Part shown: positions 1-8,858 of the stretch, piece by piece
How the letters are laid out: every line of letters begins with the position of its first letter
How positions within the stretch are numbered: position 1 is the stretch's first letter
Virus genome (UHGV): UHGV-0068444
Origin: a virus
Length of the DNA: 39,624 nt
Reading direction: 5' to 3' (one strand)
The notes under the pieces: model-generated
What the model was told of the DNA's origin: nothing
What the model saw: the letters and a program-made list of their open reading frames with translations, nothing else
Database searches by the model: none
Translations under genes and position numbers: made by a program

Positions 1-6
1 TAACGG

Positions 7-39
7 TTATCAAAACTTTATCAAAATAAGTTATCAAAA
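7..39. repeat. Three direct copies of TTATCAAAA (7-15, 18-26, 31-39) at 11-13 bp spacing, just upstream of the GTG start at 50
   Basis: Exact 9-mer seen three times within 33 bp; possible integrase arm-type sites of attL or operator sites for the adjacent cargo gene. Confidence 0.5.
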
Positions 40-49
40 CGAGGTTGAA

Positions 50-667
50 GTGAAACGCATAAGGATAAAGAAACCAAGATGGATTTTTGTTATTTTATTT
101 TTTGTATTTTTAGGTATTCCATTATTTATTGATGGTATCAAGTATACTGATTACGCTTCAGAGAATTTGCTGCCTGAATTTACTGGTGTAATACTTGAGT
201 TTGTAATCATTCTTTATGTTATTGATTATATTCAAAAGAAAAATGAGCGTGATAATAAAATAAAAGCAGAAAAACGTTTGCGTGAAATGTTTATTTTTTT
301 CTTTAATAAACTGAATGACCACGTTCCTGAAAATTGCAGGATCGGATCTTTTTACGGGCGAGAGCATGATAAAAATAAGCGTCAAATGTCATTAATGAAA
401 GCCCATATAGAAAAACATGGGCTAGATGAAAAGGCAATAAGAGAAATTCGTATTCATTGCAAAGGTGATATTGATTTATTCAATAGTTTTATTCCAGTTG
501 TTGCTACATTAGAAGAGCAGCATTTAAAAGCATGGACGAGAATTTCATATTACATGAATGCAATAATTACGGAAAGAGAAACTGTACAATTTTCCGTTAT
601 AAAAATCATTGATAAAATACAGACATTTGATGATGCATCCTATAATAATAAACTGATAGTAGATTAA
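50..667 (+). CDS. Hypothetical membrane protein (two N-terminal hydrophobic helices plus charged cytoplasmic domain); AT-rich cargo gene
   Basis: 205-aa ORF with GTG start and AGGT-type RBS; visibly AT-rich versus the adjacent int; converges on and overlaps the int stop by 4 nt. Confidence 0.5.
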   Translation: MKRIRIKKPRWIFVILFFVFLGIPLFIDGIKYTDYASENLLPEFTGVILEFVIILYVIDYIQKKNERDNKIKAEKRLREMFIFFFNKLNDHVPENCRIGSFYGREHDKNKRQMSLMKAHIEKHGLDEKAIREIRIHCKGDIDLFNSFIPVVATLEEQHLKAWTRISYYMNAIITERETVQFSVIKIIDKIQTFDDASYNNKLIVD

Positions 668-1791
668 GAGGGTATTTTTTGCCATTCTTTACCTCTGTCA
701 TCATGATATTTATCTGTTTGATGCTGGGTTTTATGACCCAGCAATTTTTGTGTATCAATTCCCTGGTCTTTGTAAAGACGTTCAGACAATGATCTTTGCT
801 CATGGAATGTAGCGGGTGTTCCATCTCCCCATTTAATACAAGCCTTATCCCTCGCCTTACTGAAATTCATCGTTAATGTGTTCGATTTAACTTGTGCGCC
901 TCGTTTAGCCTGTGATGTAGCTCGGAAAAAGTGAATCAGATAGGGGCTAACTGCATAATCTCGACAGCGCGCAACGACGTCACGTAAACTCCAGTTAATC
1001 GCATTGAGGCGAAGAGAAAGAGGTATAGCAATTTTGCTGCCGGTTTTTTCCTGTTCGATATGCAGATGATCATCCCAGATATCGCTAAATTTCATTTTGG
1101 ATATGTCACCAAGACGTTGCCCAGTCACAAGGGCAAGCAGCATTGCATTTCCCATATATTGATGTTTCTTATCTGCGATATCGAAAATCTTCAGCCACTC
1201 TTCGAGACTAAGTCGTTGTCTGGTAATCTTGCGCCTGGGCTGTTTAGTAGCAAGGGCAGGGTTGTGACCAGGCGGCACTTCACCGTAGTGTTGGGCCTCT
1301 TTGAAAACATCGATCAGTACTGAACGAACAACTTGTGCCATTCTTGGTTGACCTGCAGATAGATACTCTTCAAGAATTTGAGCAATATCCCTGACATCAA
1401 CAGAAGATATGAGCTTCATTCCCGCACGTTCCTTAAGAAGTGCAACTGGCTTGGCTTTTTGTTTATACGTATTCTCCTTGATATCACCTGAAGCGAATCT
1501 TTCCTCCTGAATTTTCCAGTACCGCTCAAGCCAGGTAACAGTGGTAATTGACTTACCCTTGCCGGTAGCAATTCGATCGCTTATAGCCAGTACCTGTCTT
1601 GAACGCTGCTCAGCAAGTCTTGCGTTTGCCTCAGTAGCAATTGCTTTAGCCTCAACTTCATCAGTACCTAGGCTGTGAAATTTCCCCGTTACAGGATGCT
1701 TGTACCTCCAATACACTTTATTGACCTTACGACTGTATAGTGGATAGAGGTTAGGTATTGATACATTATTTTTACGTGGTCTCGCAGCCAT
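664..1791 (-). CDS. int: Tyrosine integrase, lambda Int family
   Basis: Start at MAARPRKNNVSIPNLY (ORF extends to 1869); N-terminus and C-terminal HEQRSLSERLY...LLGHK...YHDDRG region parallel lambda Int arm-binding and catalytic motifs. Confidence 0.9.
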   Translation of the reverse strand: MAARPRKNNVSIPNLYPLYSRKVNKVYWRYKHPVTGKFHSLGTDEVEAKAIATEANARLAEQRSRQVLAISDRIATGKGKSITTVTWLERYWKIQEERFASGDIKENTYKQKAKPVALLKERAGMKLISSVDVRDIAQILEEYLSAGQPRMAQVVRSVLIDVFKEAQHYGEVPPGHNPALATKQPRRKITRQRLSLEEWLKIFDIADKKHQYMGNAMLLALVTGQRLGDISKMKFSDIWDDHLHIEQEKTGSKIAIPLSLRLNAINWSLRDVVARCRDYAVSPYLIHFFRATSQAKRGAQVKSNTLTMNFSKARDKACIKWGDGTPATFHEQRSLSERLYKDQGIDTQKLLGHKTQHQTDKYHDDRGKEWQKIPS

Positions 1792-2017
1792 CGCTGAGGA
1801 TCCTTTGCAATTTTGGTGAATCAGATTTCTTGATAACCGGCGCAGCAAGTTCTCCAACCAATTCCGCATCCTCCCTAACTCTCCAGAGCCTACCTTGCTT
1901 CATTGCTGGTGGAGAAAAGAGATTTTGCTTAGCGTAACGGCGCAATGTCGAGACGCTAGGTGGATTACTTCTGTATTTATCGGTTGCCCATTCTTCAAGA
2001 GTTAACATCTGAATCAT
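1772..2017 (-). CDS. xis: Excisionase (lambda Xis-like)
   Basis: 81 aa; MLTLEEWA...RRYAKQNLFSPP resembles lambda Xis MYLTLQEW...RRWVRECRIFPPP; GGAG RBS; overlaps int start as in lambda. Confidence 0.75.
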   Translation of the reverse strand: MIQMLTLEEWATDKYRSNPPSVSTLRRYAKQNLFSPPAMKQGRLWRVREDAELVGELAAPVIKKSDSPKLQRILSDGCETT

Positions 2018-2062
2018 GCGTTATTCTCCATTTAATAACCCGGCTGCACCCGGCATACGTCA

Positions 2063-2365
2063 TTATAAATTATCGCTGGTTAGCTTTGGTGGAACAGCAT
2101 AGAGAGGCCCAGGTGAGACATCAAAACGGCGCCAGCGTATATTACAGGTTCTCTCTTCACCTTTTTTGTGCCAGGCAACGACATCTGCCACTGGCTCGGC
2201 GTTCCTACCTGCCAACACCTCATCTACTACCTTCAACATATCCGCGAGAATGTAAGCTCTGTTCCCGCCGTTTGAGTACTGGGTATCATGCAGTAGGTGT
2301 TCACGTATCTGGTGTAGGCGATCGAGTGATACAGAACCGTTCGCCGGGTGGTTGTTAGTTGTCAT
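2063..2365 (-). CDS. Hypothetical phage early protein
   Basis: 100-aa ORF in the leftward early operon; stop/start overlap with the upstream gene. Confidence 0.5.
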   Translation of the reverse strand: MTTNNHPANGSVSLDRLHQIREHLLHDTQYSNGGNRAYILADMLKVVDEVLAGRNAEPVADVVAWHKKGEERTCNIRWRRFDVSPGPLYAVPPKLTSDNL

Positions 2366-2691
2366 GCTGCCCCCCTACGTTGATGGCCCAGTGCGTGACG
2401 CGCTTCTATCGGGTCCTCTTCTTCGTATTCACCATTGACGCTTTTCACCATCGCCACGCAGCATTCGTTGCAGCACCGATAGGACATAAGTTCGCCGTCG
2501 AATTTCCACGCCGTACTACGGTGAATTTCATCCTTTAAAATTACGCCAGCGCAAATGTGGCATTTGTATTCACCTCGAGAGGTAACGATTTTGTTCGATA
2601 GTTCTGTATCGCATGGCGTACCGAAATCACCTTCGAAAAGATCAAAGTCCAGTGCGTCGTCTAAATCCTGTTTGTTGAGTGAGTTAGTCAT
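2362..2691 (-). CDS. Hypothetical Cys-rich early protein (possible zinc-binding)
   Basis: Start MTNSLNKQDL with GGAGG RBS; CHIC...CCNECC cysteine cluster; translationally coupled to neighbours. Confidence 0.5.
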   Translation of the reverse strand: MTNSLNKQDLDDALDFDLFEGDFGTPCDTELSNKIVTSRGEYKCHICAGVILKDEIHRSTAWKFDGELMSYRCCNECCVAMVKSVNGEYEEEDPIEARHALGHQRRGAA

Positions 2692-3028
2692 TCCAGGCCT
2701 CCAGCTCATTCTGAATCTCTTCGTCGATTTCGTCATTGGTGGCGTCTTCGTTCAGATAGGCGTGCGCCTCTTTGAAATACTTGTCGCGGCGTTCGTCATA
2801 CCAGGCAGAGAACTCAGGCGACCAGGCATGGGTATGTCCGAAAAAATCGACTCTGGCGTTATCTTCTGCGAGACGCTCAACCATGCAGTAAGCTGTGATC
2901 AAACCGCATTCACGGATGTACCCACGCAGGTCGCGCTTGCGCCAGTACGGGCTATATTTCGAGTCGCAGCGGCTTTTAAATTCGACAGTCCAGCGACGGA
3001 TGCAACGTGCGTTCAGTGATTTACTCAT
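2684..3028 (-). CDS. Hypothetical phage early protein
   Basis: 114-aa ORF; ATGA start/stop overlap with the upstream gene at 3025-3028. Confidence 0.5.
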   Translation of the reverse strand: MSKSLNARCIRRWTVEFKSRCDSKYSPYWRKRDLRGYIRECGLITAYCMVERLAEDNARVDFFGHTHAWSPEFSAWYDERRDKYFKEAHAYLNEDATNDEIDEEIQNELEAWND

Positions 3029-3279
3029 TGAGTTGCTCCCTGTCTGGCTCTATTCAATAACTGGTTAAACATCATGGTTAGGCTGTTACTGCACCCAAAT
3101 GGCATATCGTTAACACGGTATGTTGGAATGCCCTTGCGAACACCTGACTTCACGATCCGGCCGGTGCCATAGAGTTGCGATAATGCGCCAGCGACCGCGG
3201 GTGTCTTTTTGTTCATACCTTTGGCGATTTCACCGCTGGTGGTATTCGGATGAGCCTGGAGATATTCAAATACGGTCAT
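3025..3279 (-). CDS. Small putative winged-helix DNA-binding protein
   Basis: 84-aa ORF; basic, HTH-like composition (assignment by eye only). Confidence 0.45.
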   Translation of the reverse strand: MTVFEYLQAHPNTTSGEIAKGMNKKTPAVAGALSQLYGTGRIVKSGVRKGIPTYRVNDMPFGCSNSLTMMFNQLLNRARQGATQ

Positions 3280-3452
3280 GGCGTTTTACCTTTACGTTCC
3301 TGTTCCAGTTGCACCAGAGACTCTTTTAATGCTGCGAACGTAGCGTCCAGTCTGGTGGCAACTTCGCGCATAAGCGGTGCATGCTTTGGTGGCAGTTCAG
3401 CAACGGAGGCAAAAGCCTCCGTAACGAGTTCTTTTACCTTCATGCGGCGCAT
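3276..3452 (-). CDS. Small hypothetical protein (58 aa)
   Basis: Hand-translated MRRMKVKELVTEAFASVAELPPKHAPLMREVATRLDATFAALKESLVQLEQERKGKTP; fills the gap between two genes with ATGA overlap; below the ORF-track length cut-off. Confidence 0.35.
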   Translation of the reverse strand: MRRMKVKELVTEAFASVAELPPKHAPLMREVATRLDATFAALKESLVQLEQERKGKTP

Positions 3453-3979
3453 TGGCGCAGCTCCGCCAGTTCGTTAAAGCGGTTCATGAACAGGCCATAG
3501 GATTGACCTGGACGGAGAGGGATAACCTGAACGAGATCAGAGCAGGGAATACCTTCGAGAATTTCCCACTTCGAACCGTTATCGATTTCCAGATCACGGC
3601 GCTCGGTAGCTAACATGGTTAGATCGGCGTATTTCACGACGGCAGATTGCTCAAGCGGGATACCGAATTTAAAGCGGATAAGACCATCAACATAAGTTTC
3701 CATGCGCTGGTAGTCAGGCAGCAAGGCTTTGAGCGGGGCTGGAATATCCTGGCAATATGCCTCCGCAGCGTCGTGCATCAACGCTTCAAAGGCGAACTCT
3801 GGCGGCACAATCTGGCTTACAAGCACAGAGTGCTGGGCCACGCTGTAGAACTCTGGCAGATGCCCAGCGAATCGACAGATGTTGGAAAGAGCAGTCGCGA
3901 TATCCTCAACATCGATATCGTCGATTGTGGCGGTCAGGTAGTTAAATTTTTTACCGGATAATGTCTGAATGTAGCTCAT
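3440..3979 (-). CDS. HD-domain phosphohydrolase (YfdR-like 5'-deoxynucleotidase family)
   Basis: Start MSYIQTLSGKK after GGAG RBS; HD signature in ...EALMHDAAEAY...; size and context recall the CPS-53 yfdR gene. Confidence 0.65.
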   Translation of the reverse strand: MSYIQTLSGKKFNYLTATIDDIDVEDIATALSNICRFAGHLPEFYSVAQHSVLVSQIVPPEFAFEALMHDAAEAYCQDIPAPLKALLPDYQRMETYVDGLIRFKFGIPLEQSAVVKYADLTMLATERRDLEIDNGSKWEILEGIPCSDLVQVIPLRPGQSYGLFMNRFNELAELRQCAA

Positions 3980-4107
3980 GGTTTTCTCCATATTGGCGCG
4001 CTGCACCACGCAGATTTTGGTTGCACGAATCCCTCGCCGGATGGCGATAATTAATGGAATTACGCTTCAATAAATCCCCGCGGCGCCGGGGATTTAATGC
4101 AGAGCAA

Positions 4108-4935
4108 TTAGGCTTTAAAGTTACCGATGAAAGTTTCCACTGATTCACCTTCGAACTTGCTGATCAGCAAATCGCGGAATTCATTGGCGATAGCTTCTTC
4201 CTGGGCTTCCAGTTGTACTATGCGCAGTACAAAACGAGGTTCATCACCTGTAAGCAAACTGTTGCGTAAGCTAAAGCGGCGTTCGCCTAAACCTTCATAC
4301 GGCACACATTTGAATTCGAACGTTACCGGCATTACGTCTTTGCTGCTGGCTTCAATACTCTGCATAAGCGATTTTTTGCCGCTGAAATCGCTGTCTTCAT
4401 GATCCTGCTGGGTTGCCTGCTGGATAGTGATACGACGAACGGACTGAGCGGCTTGTGAAATCTGCATCGTTCCACCTTCAGCGTCGAACGCTAAGAGGTA
4501 ATCGCTCCAGTCTTCCAGCCACTCGGCGATTTGTTTTTGTTTCAGACGTTCACCGTTGATCTGGAGAAGAGCACGGAATGGTGCGGTCTGTTTTAGGGTG
4601 ATGGATGCAACATTGTCCGCATGACCGGGGTTATCGAGTGTGCCAATGTTGAATACTGAACGGGCTGTCATATGGTCAGCGTCAATAAAGCAGCGTGCTT
4701 TTTCAGTGGCGCTGGCATAGCCTTTTGAATAACGAGCAAAATCTTCAATGCTGGTCGTGGTCATGGCACCGCGGAAGCGGAAACGCTCCAGAGAAAAACG
4801 CTCGAGGCTTTCAATGCCGGTACCCTCTGGCAGTAATGCGGTCGGGCAAGCCAGGCCATGAATATCATTCAGGTGGTAGCCAGAAAGGACCAGGTCTTTT
4901 ACCTGCTGAAATGTACCGCTGTCTAACTGGGACAT
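4108..4935 (-). CDS. DUF2303 / YfdQ-like phage protein
   Basis: 275-aa ORF; length and position next to the HD gene match the yfdQ-yfdR arrangement of CPS-53-type prophages (recollection, not searched). Confidence 0.55.
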   Translation of the reverse strand: MSQLDSGTFQQVKDLVLSGYHLNDIHGLACPTALLPEGTGIESLERFSLERFRFRGAMTTTSIEDFARYSKGYASATEKARCFIDADHMTARSVFNIGTLDNPGHADNVASITLKQTAPFRALLQINGERLKQKQIAEWLEDWSDYLLAFDAEGGTMQISQAAQSVRRITIQQATQQDHEDSDFSGKKSLMQSIEASSKDVMPVTFEFKCVPYEGLGERRFSLRNSLLTGDEPRFVLRIVQLEAQEEAIANEFRDLLISKFEGESVETFIGNFKA

Positions 4936-4991
4936 ATAAATTCCTTATTAACTGATGATCGAAGAGGTATCAGTGAATTTTTTGTTGCGGA

Positions 4992-5366
4992 TCACTGAGC
5001 CGCTTTAAGCTTTCCGTCCACCGCGCCGGTGATGCCGAAGAGTTGCCCCTGATCCTCCTGGAGGATGGTGAGCTTCCCGCCTTTGTTGACCCACATTGGT
5101 GTTTCGGTGGTGTCTTCTTCAGAGACTTTGCCGCGCGGCGTTGGTGTGCTGTATTTCAGCTTGTGCTTGATCTTGACGCGTTTCTCTTCGACAGAGTTAC
5201 CCATGCGCTCAAAATCAAAGGTGAGAACTACCTGGCCTTTGTTACCGTTGTTCAGAACGCCGAGCGCAGTGGTATTAAGCGCTCCTGCTATTTTGTTCAT
5301 GAACACTCCGGCATCCAGTTCGCTCAGAAAGTCGGGTACTACGGTCGTGCGGTCATTACTCATGGT
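4992..5366 (-). CDS. Hypothetical phage early protein (possibly YfdP-like)
   Basis: Start MSNDRTTVVPDFL (ORF extends to 5450); first gene of the leftward early operon. Confidence 0.45.
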   Translation of the reverse strand, partial: TMSNDRTTVVPDFLSELDAGVFMNKIAGALNTTALGVLNNGNKGQVVLTFDFERMGNSVEEKRVKIKHKLKYSTPTPRGKVSEEDTTETPMWVNKGGKLTILQEDQGQLFGITGAVDGKLKAAQ

Positions 5367-6420
5367 TTTACCCTCGTTAAGGCGGCTGCCACCGCCGTGT
5401 TTTCTCCATACACAACAGAGAAGGGCACCTGCAATTGTTGGCGACTGCAATCGCTATCCTCTTGCCCGGGTGGATTGGGTTATGAGCCCGTCACACGGTG
5501 ATACCCTTTTCTGTTGCGTAAAAAGGGCGGTACCGAGGTAGAACATTATCTTCGTCCCCCTTGCATAAGGTTGAAGACCCTGGTACCGCCAAGACTACAC
5601 ACAGCAATACTGGAACTACGGTTATCACGGTCCTAAGCGTGATTTGGTTGTGGTGGCCGGTACTACGATATTCCGGCATGGGTTGATTATCAGTGACGCA
5701 CCCTTTCGGGACACTACCTCACGGTTTAGCGCATCAGCCTGCGCATTCACCACAACGAAGAGAGCACTGCCGGTGTTCGAATCGAACGAACCTTTTCCCT
5801 GCCCAACCCTCCCAACTGAATGGGACTGTCTGGAATCGAACCAGCACTTATGCCTTGCTCGTCAATGCTCTCGTCGTTGTGCCCTGAAAAAGGCTGGCGG
5901 TGACCGGACAAGTGGGAAAACACCGGGCCGCCAGAACAGGGAAGTACTTGTTATTGCTTTGGCCTGCTTTTAACCACATCAGGCGCGGTGGTAAGCCATT
6001 TGCGAATCATCCGGTTATTCATATGCCACCGGCGGCTACTTCGTGGGCGTCCTGCCTGTTCGCTGTTGATGAGTTGAATATACTTGTGAGTAATTTTTGT
6101 GTAAATACCTTTTGGTATATTTTTATTTACTTTTATAGCAACTAATTGCTTTTAATTGGATTTTAATTAAGCAGGTGATGGGTGTTATGCTCAAAAAAAC
6201 ACCAGGTGGCTTGGTATAGAACGTGATGAACTGGAAGAAGACCGTGCGGCATTCATCGCTGGTGAAATTGGCGGTGCAGTTTTCGAGTTGATAATCAACG
6301 GTGTGGTGATAAGTCGAGATGCGATTGTACATAGCTTGGAGACTAAGCGTCGCGCGGTTGGAAATGTGATTCACAAAGGAGTGTTGCGGGATGCTGCTAT
6401 GGTGAGAAAATAATATTTAA

Positions 6421-6452
6421 CCCGGCGCTTGCGCCGGGTTAAATGTTATTTT
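6421..6452. terminator. GC-rich hairpin terminator downstream of the repressor gene, possibly bidirectional
   Basis: cccggcg-cttg-cgccggg (7-bp GC stem) flanked by A-rich sequence on one side and T-rich on the other. Confidence 0.6.
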
Positions 6453-6492
6453 CTAGAAGATGTTAAGTCTGTTTCAAATTCTAACACCAAAA

Positions 6493-7203
6493 TTACAATT
6501 TGTTGTAAGCTATTGATTCGTGTAGTAATGCTTTACCCATAATGTACAATTGATCCTGGTTTTCTTCTGTTATGTACCAGTCTTTGTACACCGGGTTATC
6601 GGATAAAACTGCAAGTTGCAAGCCCTGCATCTGCAAGCGCTTCACATGGAAGTGCTGTCCGAATACAAACGCATAAACACCATCAACCTTGAAGTTTCTT
6701 ACCGAAACATCAAAAAACAACCTGTCTCCAGACTGTATAGTTGGACACATGCTGTCGCCATCGACAGTCATCACTTTTACGTCTTCCTGAGAACGATTTC
6801 CGAAAAGTGAACGAGCGTGCTCGGTGGTGAATTCAATGGCGTGTAGAACCTCAACAAATTCAGAGAGCATAAAACATCCAGGACCAGCACTCACAGTAAG
6901 GTCGAGAACTTCTACACGATAATTGTCGGCTTTGTGAGTGGGTACATCAACATCCATTTTTGAAGTTGGACTAAGACCATCCATCCATCCCCGGCTGATT
7001 TTCAAAGCATCCTCGATCTGCCGAGCAGCCTGCTCCCCAATATTCCGCTTATTAGGTTTACCAGCAGGGTAAAGCATCCGAGAAACAACAGTCGGATCAA
7101 GTCCTGCCTTTTCAGCAAACTCTCTTTGGGTCTTAAAGCGAGTTACTAACTCCTGAAGTTTGAGGCGTCGTAACTCGAAGATCTTAGGCGTTTCCGTTTT
7201 CAT
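6493..7203 (-). CDS. CI-type prophage repressor (N-terminal HTH, C-terminal S24 LexA-like autopeptidase)
   Basis: 236 aa; HTH-like N-terminus; C-terminal GDSMCPTI (Ser) and HVKRL (Lys) motifs of S24 peptidases; divergent from the cro-like gene. Confidence 0.85.
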   Translation of the reverse strand: MKTETPKIFELRRLKLQELVTRFKTQREFAEKAGLDPTVVSRMLYPAGKPNKRNIGEQAARQIEDALKISRGWMDGLSPTSKMDVDVPTHKADNYRVEVLDLTVSAGPGCFMLSEFVEVLHAIEFTTEHARSLFGNRSQEDVKVMTVDGDSMCPTIQSGDRLFFDVSVRNFKVDGVYAFVFGQHFHVKRLQMQGLQLAVLSDNPVYKDWYITEENQDQLYIMGKALLHESIAYNKL

Positions 7204-7250
7204 AATTTCATCTTACTTAAATCTACCTTGAGGTAAATGACTTGTGGGTA

Positions 7251-7279
7251 TTGACTTGTGTTTACTTGGGGGTATATTT
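7251..7279 (+). promoter_or_regulatory. PR-like sigma70 promoter for the rightward early operon
   Basis: -35 TTGACT (7251-7256), 17-bp spacer, -10 TATATT (7274-7279); AGGAGG RBS at 7293-7298; short direct repeats (gacttgtg x2) and a near-palindrome TACCTTGAGGTA upstream suggest operators. Confidence 0.6.
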
Positions 7280-7302
7280 GCTTTTTAAGCACAGGAGGCG
7301 TG

Positions 7303-7545
7303 ATGGAAACGTTAAGAAATTACCTAAACGCTTTGTCGCTCGAAAAACAGAGAGAGTTTGCATCACGATGCGAAACCTCTCTTGAGTACTTGCGTAAAGC
7401 CATAAGCAAAAAACAAAAGTTGGGAGCTGCTCTATCTGTTTCTATCGAAACGCATTCGGGCGGCTCAGTTAGCAGGAAAAACCTCCACCCAGATGATTGG
7501 GAAAAGATTTGGCCTGAACTTGATCATAAAAAAACAGCAGCATGA
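7303..7545 (+). CDS. Cro/YdaS-like small DNA-binding regulator
   Basis: 80 aa; METLRNYLNALSLEKQREFASR...; AGGAGG RBS; divergent from CI across the operator region. Confidence 0.65.
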   Translation: METLRNYLNALSLEKQREFASRCETSLEYLRKAISKKQKLGAALSVSIETHSGGSVSRKNLHPDDWEKIWPELDHKKTAA

Positions 7546-7574
7546 AAGTAACCACAGAAGAGAGGAGTTAACCG

Positions 7575-7819
7575 TGGGTAACAGCAGCGAGACAAAAGAT
7601 ACAAACAGCGTGACCGCTAAAAGCGATGAAGGACAAATAACCATTTCCGAAGGAAAGATGCGGGTTTACATGTCATTCCAGCCAATTGTCCTTCCCCTTA
7701 TTGGCGAGCTGATAAACGAGATGATCCTTAGAGGGAGATCCGCGGAGGAAATACAGGCGGCAGTTGAAAGCGCCGCCCGTGGTTATTCAACGTTCTATCT
7801 TTCGTTTGTTCATGGCTAG
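7575..7819 (+). CDS. Hypothetical early protein
   Basis: GTG start 6 nt after GAGGAG RBS; 81 aa; longer ORF 7493-7819 overlaps cro. Confidence 0.4.
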
Positions 7820-8052
7820 CACTGCGTACGTTGATATTGCTCTTCGGTTTCTTTTGATCTGGCGGACTCTATTTCCTTCAGTTTGTTTCGGTAAAGCTCA
7901 CTGAAGACCAGTTCTGCATTGGTGATCAACTGAAAAACCTCTTCTGGCGACTTCTGGAATGTTTTGAAGTGACCAGACAAGACAAGATTCATGGCCAGAT
8001 CGTGAGCGGCTTCTTCGGGAGACTTGCCGTAAGGCAGTGAATTTACAGACAT
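7816..8052 (-). CDS. Small hypothetical protein encoded antisense within the rightward early region
   Basis: 78 aa from MSVNSLPYGKSPEEAAH; AAGGAGG RBS 7 nt upstream; converges on the 7575-7819 gene with 4-nt overlap. Confidence 0.5.
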   Translation of the reverse strand: MSVNSLPYGKSPEEAAHDLAMNLVLSGHFKTFQKSPEEVFQLITNAELVFSELYRNKLKEIESARSKETEEQYQRTQC

Positions 8053-8137
8053 GTCGAACCTCCTTCGGTTCTGTTGGTGTGAGAGCTTGCAGGCTATCAC
8101 CGTCAGGAAGTTCGGCGCCAATAATGGAGTTGCAGTA

Positions 8138-8686
8138 ATGAACGAACCGCAATGGAAAGTCGAACGTCAGCCAGCCTGGCTGGTGGTAGCGATTAAAAAA
8201 ACGATTACCGATCTGCCAGGTGGCTACGCCGAAGCGGCGGAATGGTTGGGGGTGACAGAGAACGCATTGTTTAACCGCCTTCGCGTCGACGGGGATCAGA
8301 TCTTCCCTATGGGATGGGCGATGGTGTTACAGAAAGCCGCCGGTGTCAGCTACATAGCTGATGCGTTTTCTCGTCAAACAGATAACGGGATACACGTTCC
8401 GGGTGCGGTGCCAGATGACGAAAACGAAGAAATTGGCTTAAAGCTGGCCGAGCTGGTGGGGCGTCTAGGAGAACTGGTCAACGCTTACCGTTGGTATATC
8501 GACGATGGGGTTGTTGATAAGGGTGAGTGGCAGAGCCTTAACGACATTGCATATCAGTTCAGGGTAACTCTGATGACCTTTCTGAATTTGATTGCCCGTG
8601 TTTACTGCCTTCCAGAAAAGAGTGACGCCCGCGAGTGTGCAGCTCCGGGCGCCTTGGCGAACAACTCTTCGAGTATGGAGAAATAA
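8138..8686 (+). CDS. Phage regulatory protein, CII-like (CP76 family, by recollection)
   Basis: Start MNEPQWKVERQ after GGAG RBS; HTH-like LGVTENALFNRLRVDGDQIFPMGW and C-terminal CLP motif resemble the Enterobacteria CP76 CII regulator. Confidence 0.45.
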   Translation: MNEPQWKVERQPAWLVVAIKKTITDLPGGYAEAAEWLGVTENALFNRLRVDGDQIFPMGWAMVLQKAAGVSYIADAFSRQTDNGIHVPGAVPDDENEEIGLKLAELVGRLGELVNAYRWYIDDGVVDKGEWQSLNDIAYQFRVTLMTFLNLIARVYCLPEKSDARECAAPGALANNSSSMEK

Positions 8687-8858
8687 TCCGCATGAACAGT
8701 TTAACGGCTTTTAACCGTCTACCGCAACTCAGGATGATCCCTGTTTCGGGTACTCCGTTGTTTCGGTATGAACGCAGATTATCAAACCGCTGGGTTCCGT
8801 GTAACCACAGTAGGGCGGTTTCAATTGTGGGGGTCTACAACCGGAGGGCAAAACGCCT

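Noticed and set aside
158-824. Minus-strand ORFs 158-385 and 606-824
   Set aside because: First is antisense inside the AT-rich 50-667 gene; second overlaps the int 3' end in another frame.
1060-1323. 87-aa plus-strand ORF
   Set aside because: Inside the integrase gene on the opposite strand.
1960-3019. Plus-strand ORFs 1960-2358 and 2555-3019
   Set aside because: Antisense to the translationally coupled leftward early genes.
5760-5850. tRNA-like T-arm motifs (GTTCGAATCG plus strand; GGTTCGATTCC minus strand)
   Set aside because: I could not build a full cloverleaf (no complementary acceptor stem, no CCA); not called as a tRNA gene, only noted under the ORF-poor region finding.
5491-6374. 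Short ORFs 5491-5679 (-), 5644-5973 (+), 5693-5887 (+), 5900-6145 (+), 6123-6374 (-)
   Set aside because: Overlap one another in several frames, lack RBSs, translations are Cys/Arg/Pro-rich and not protein-like.
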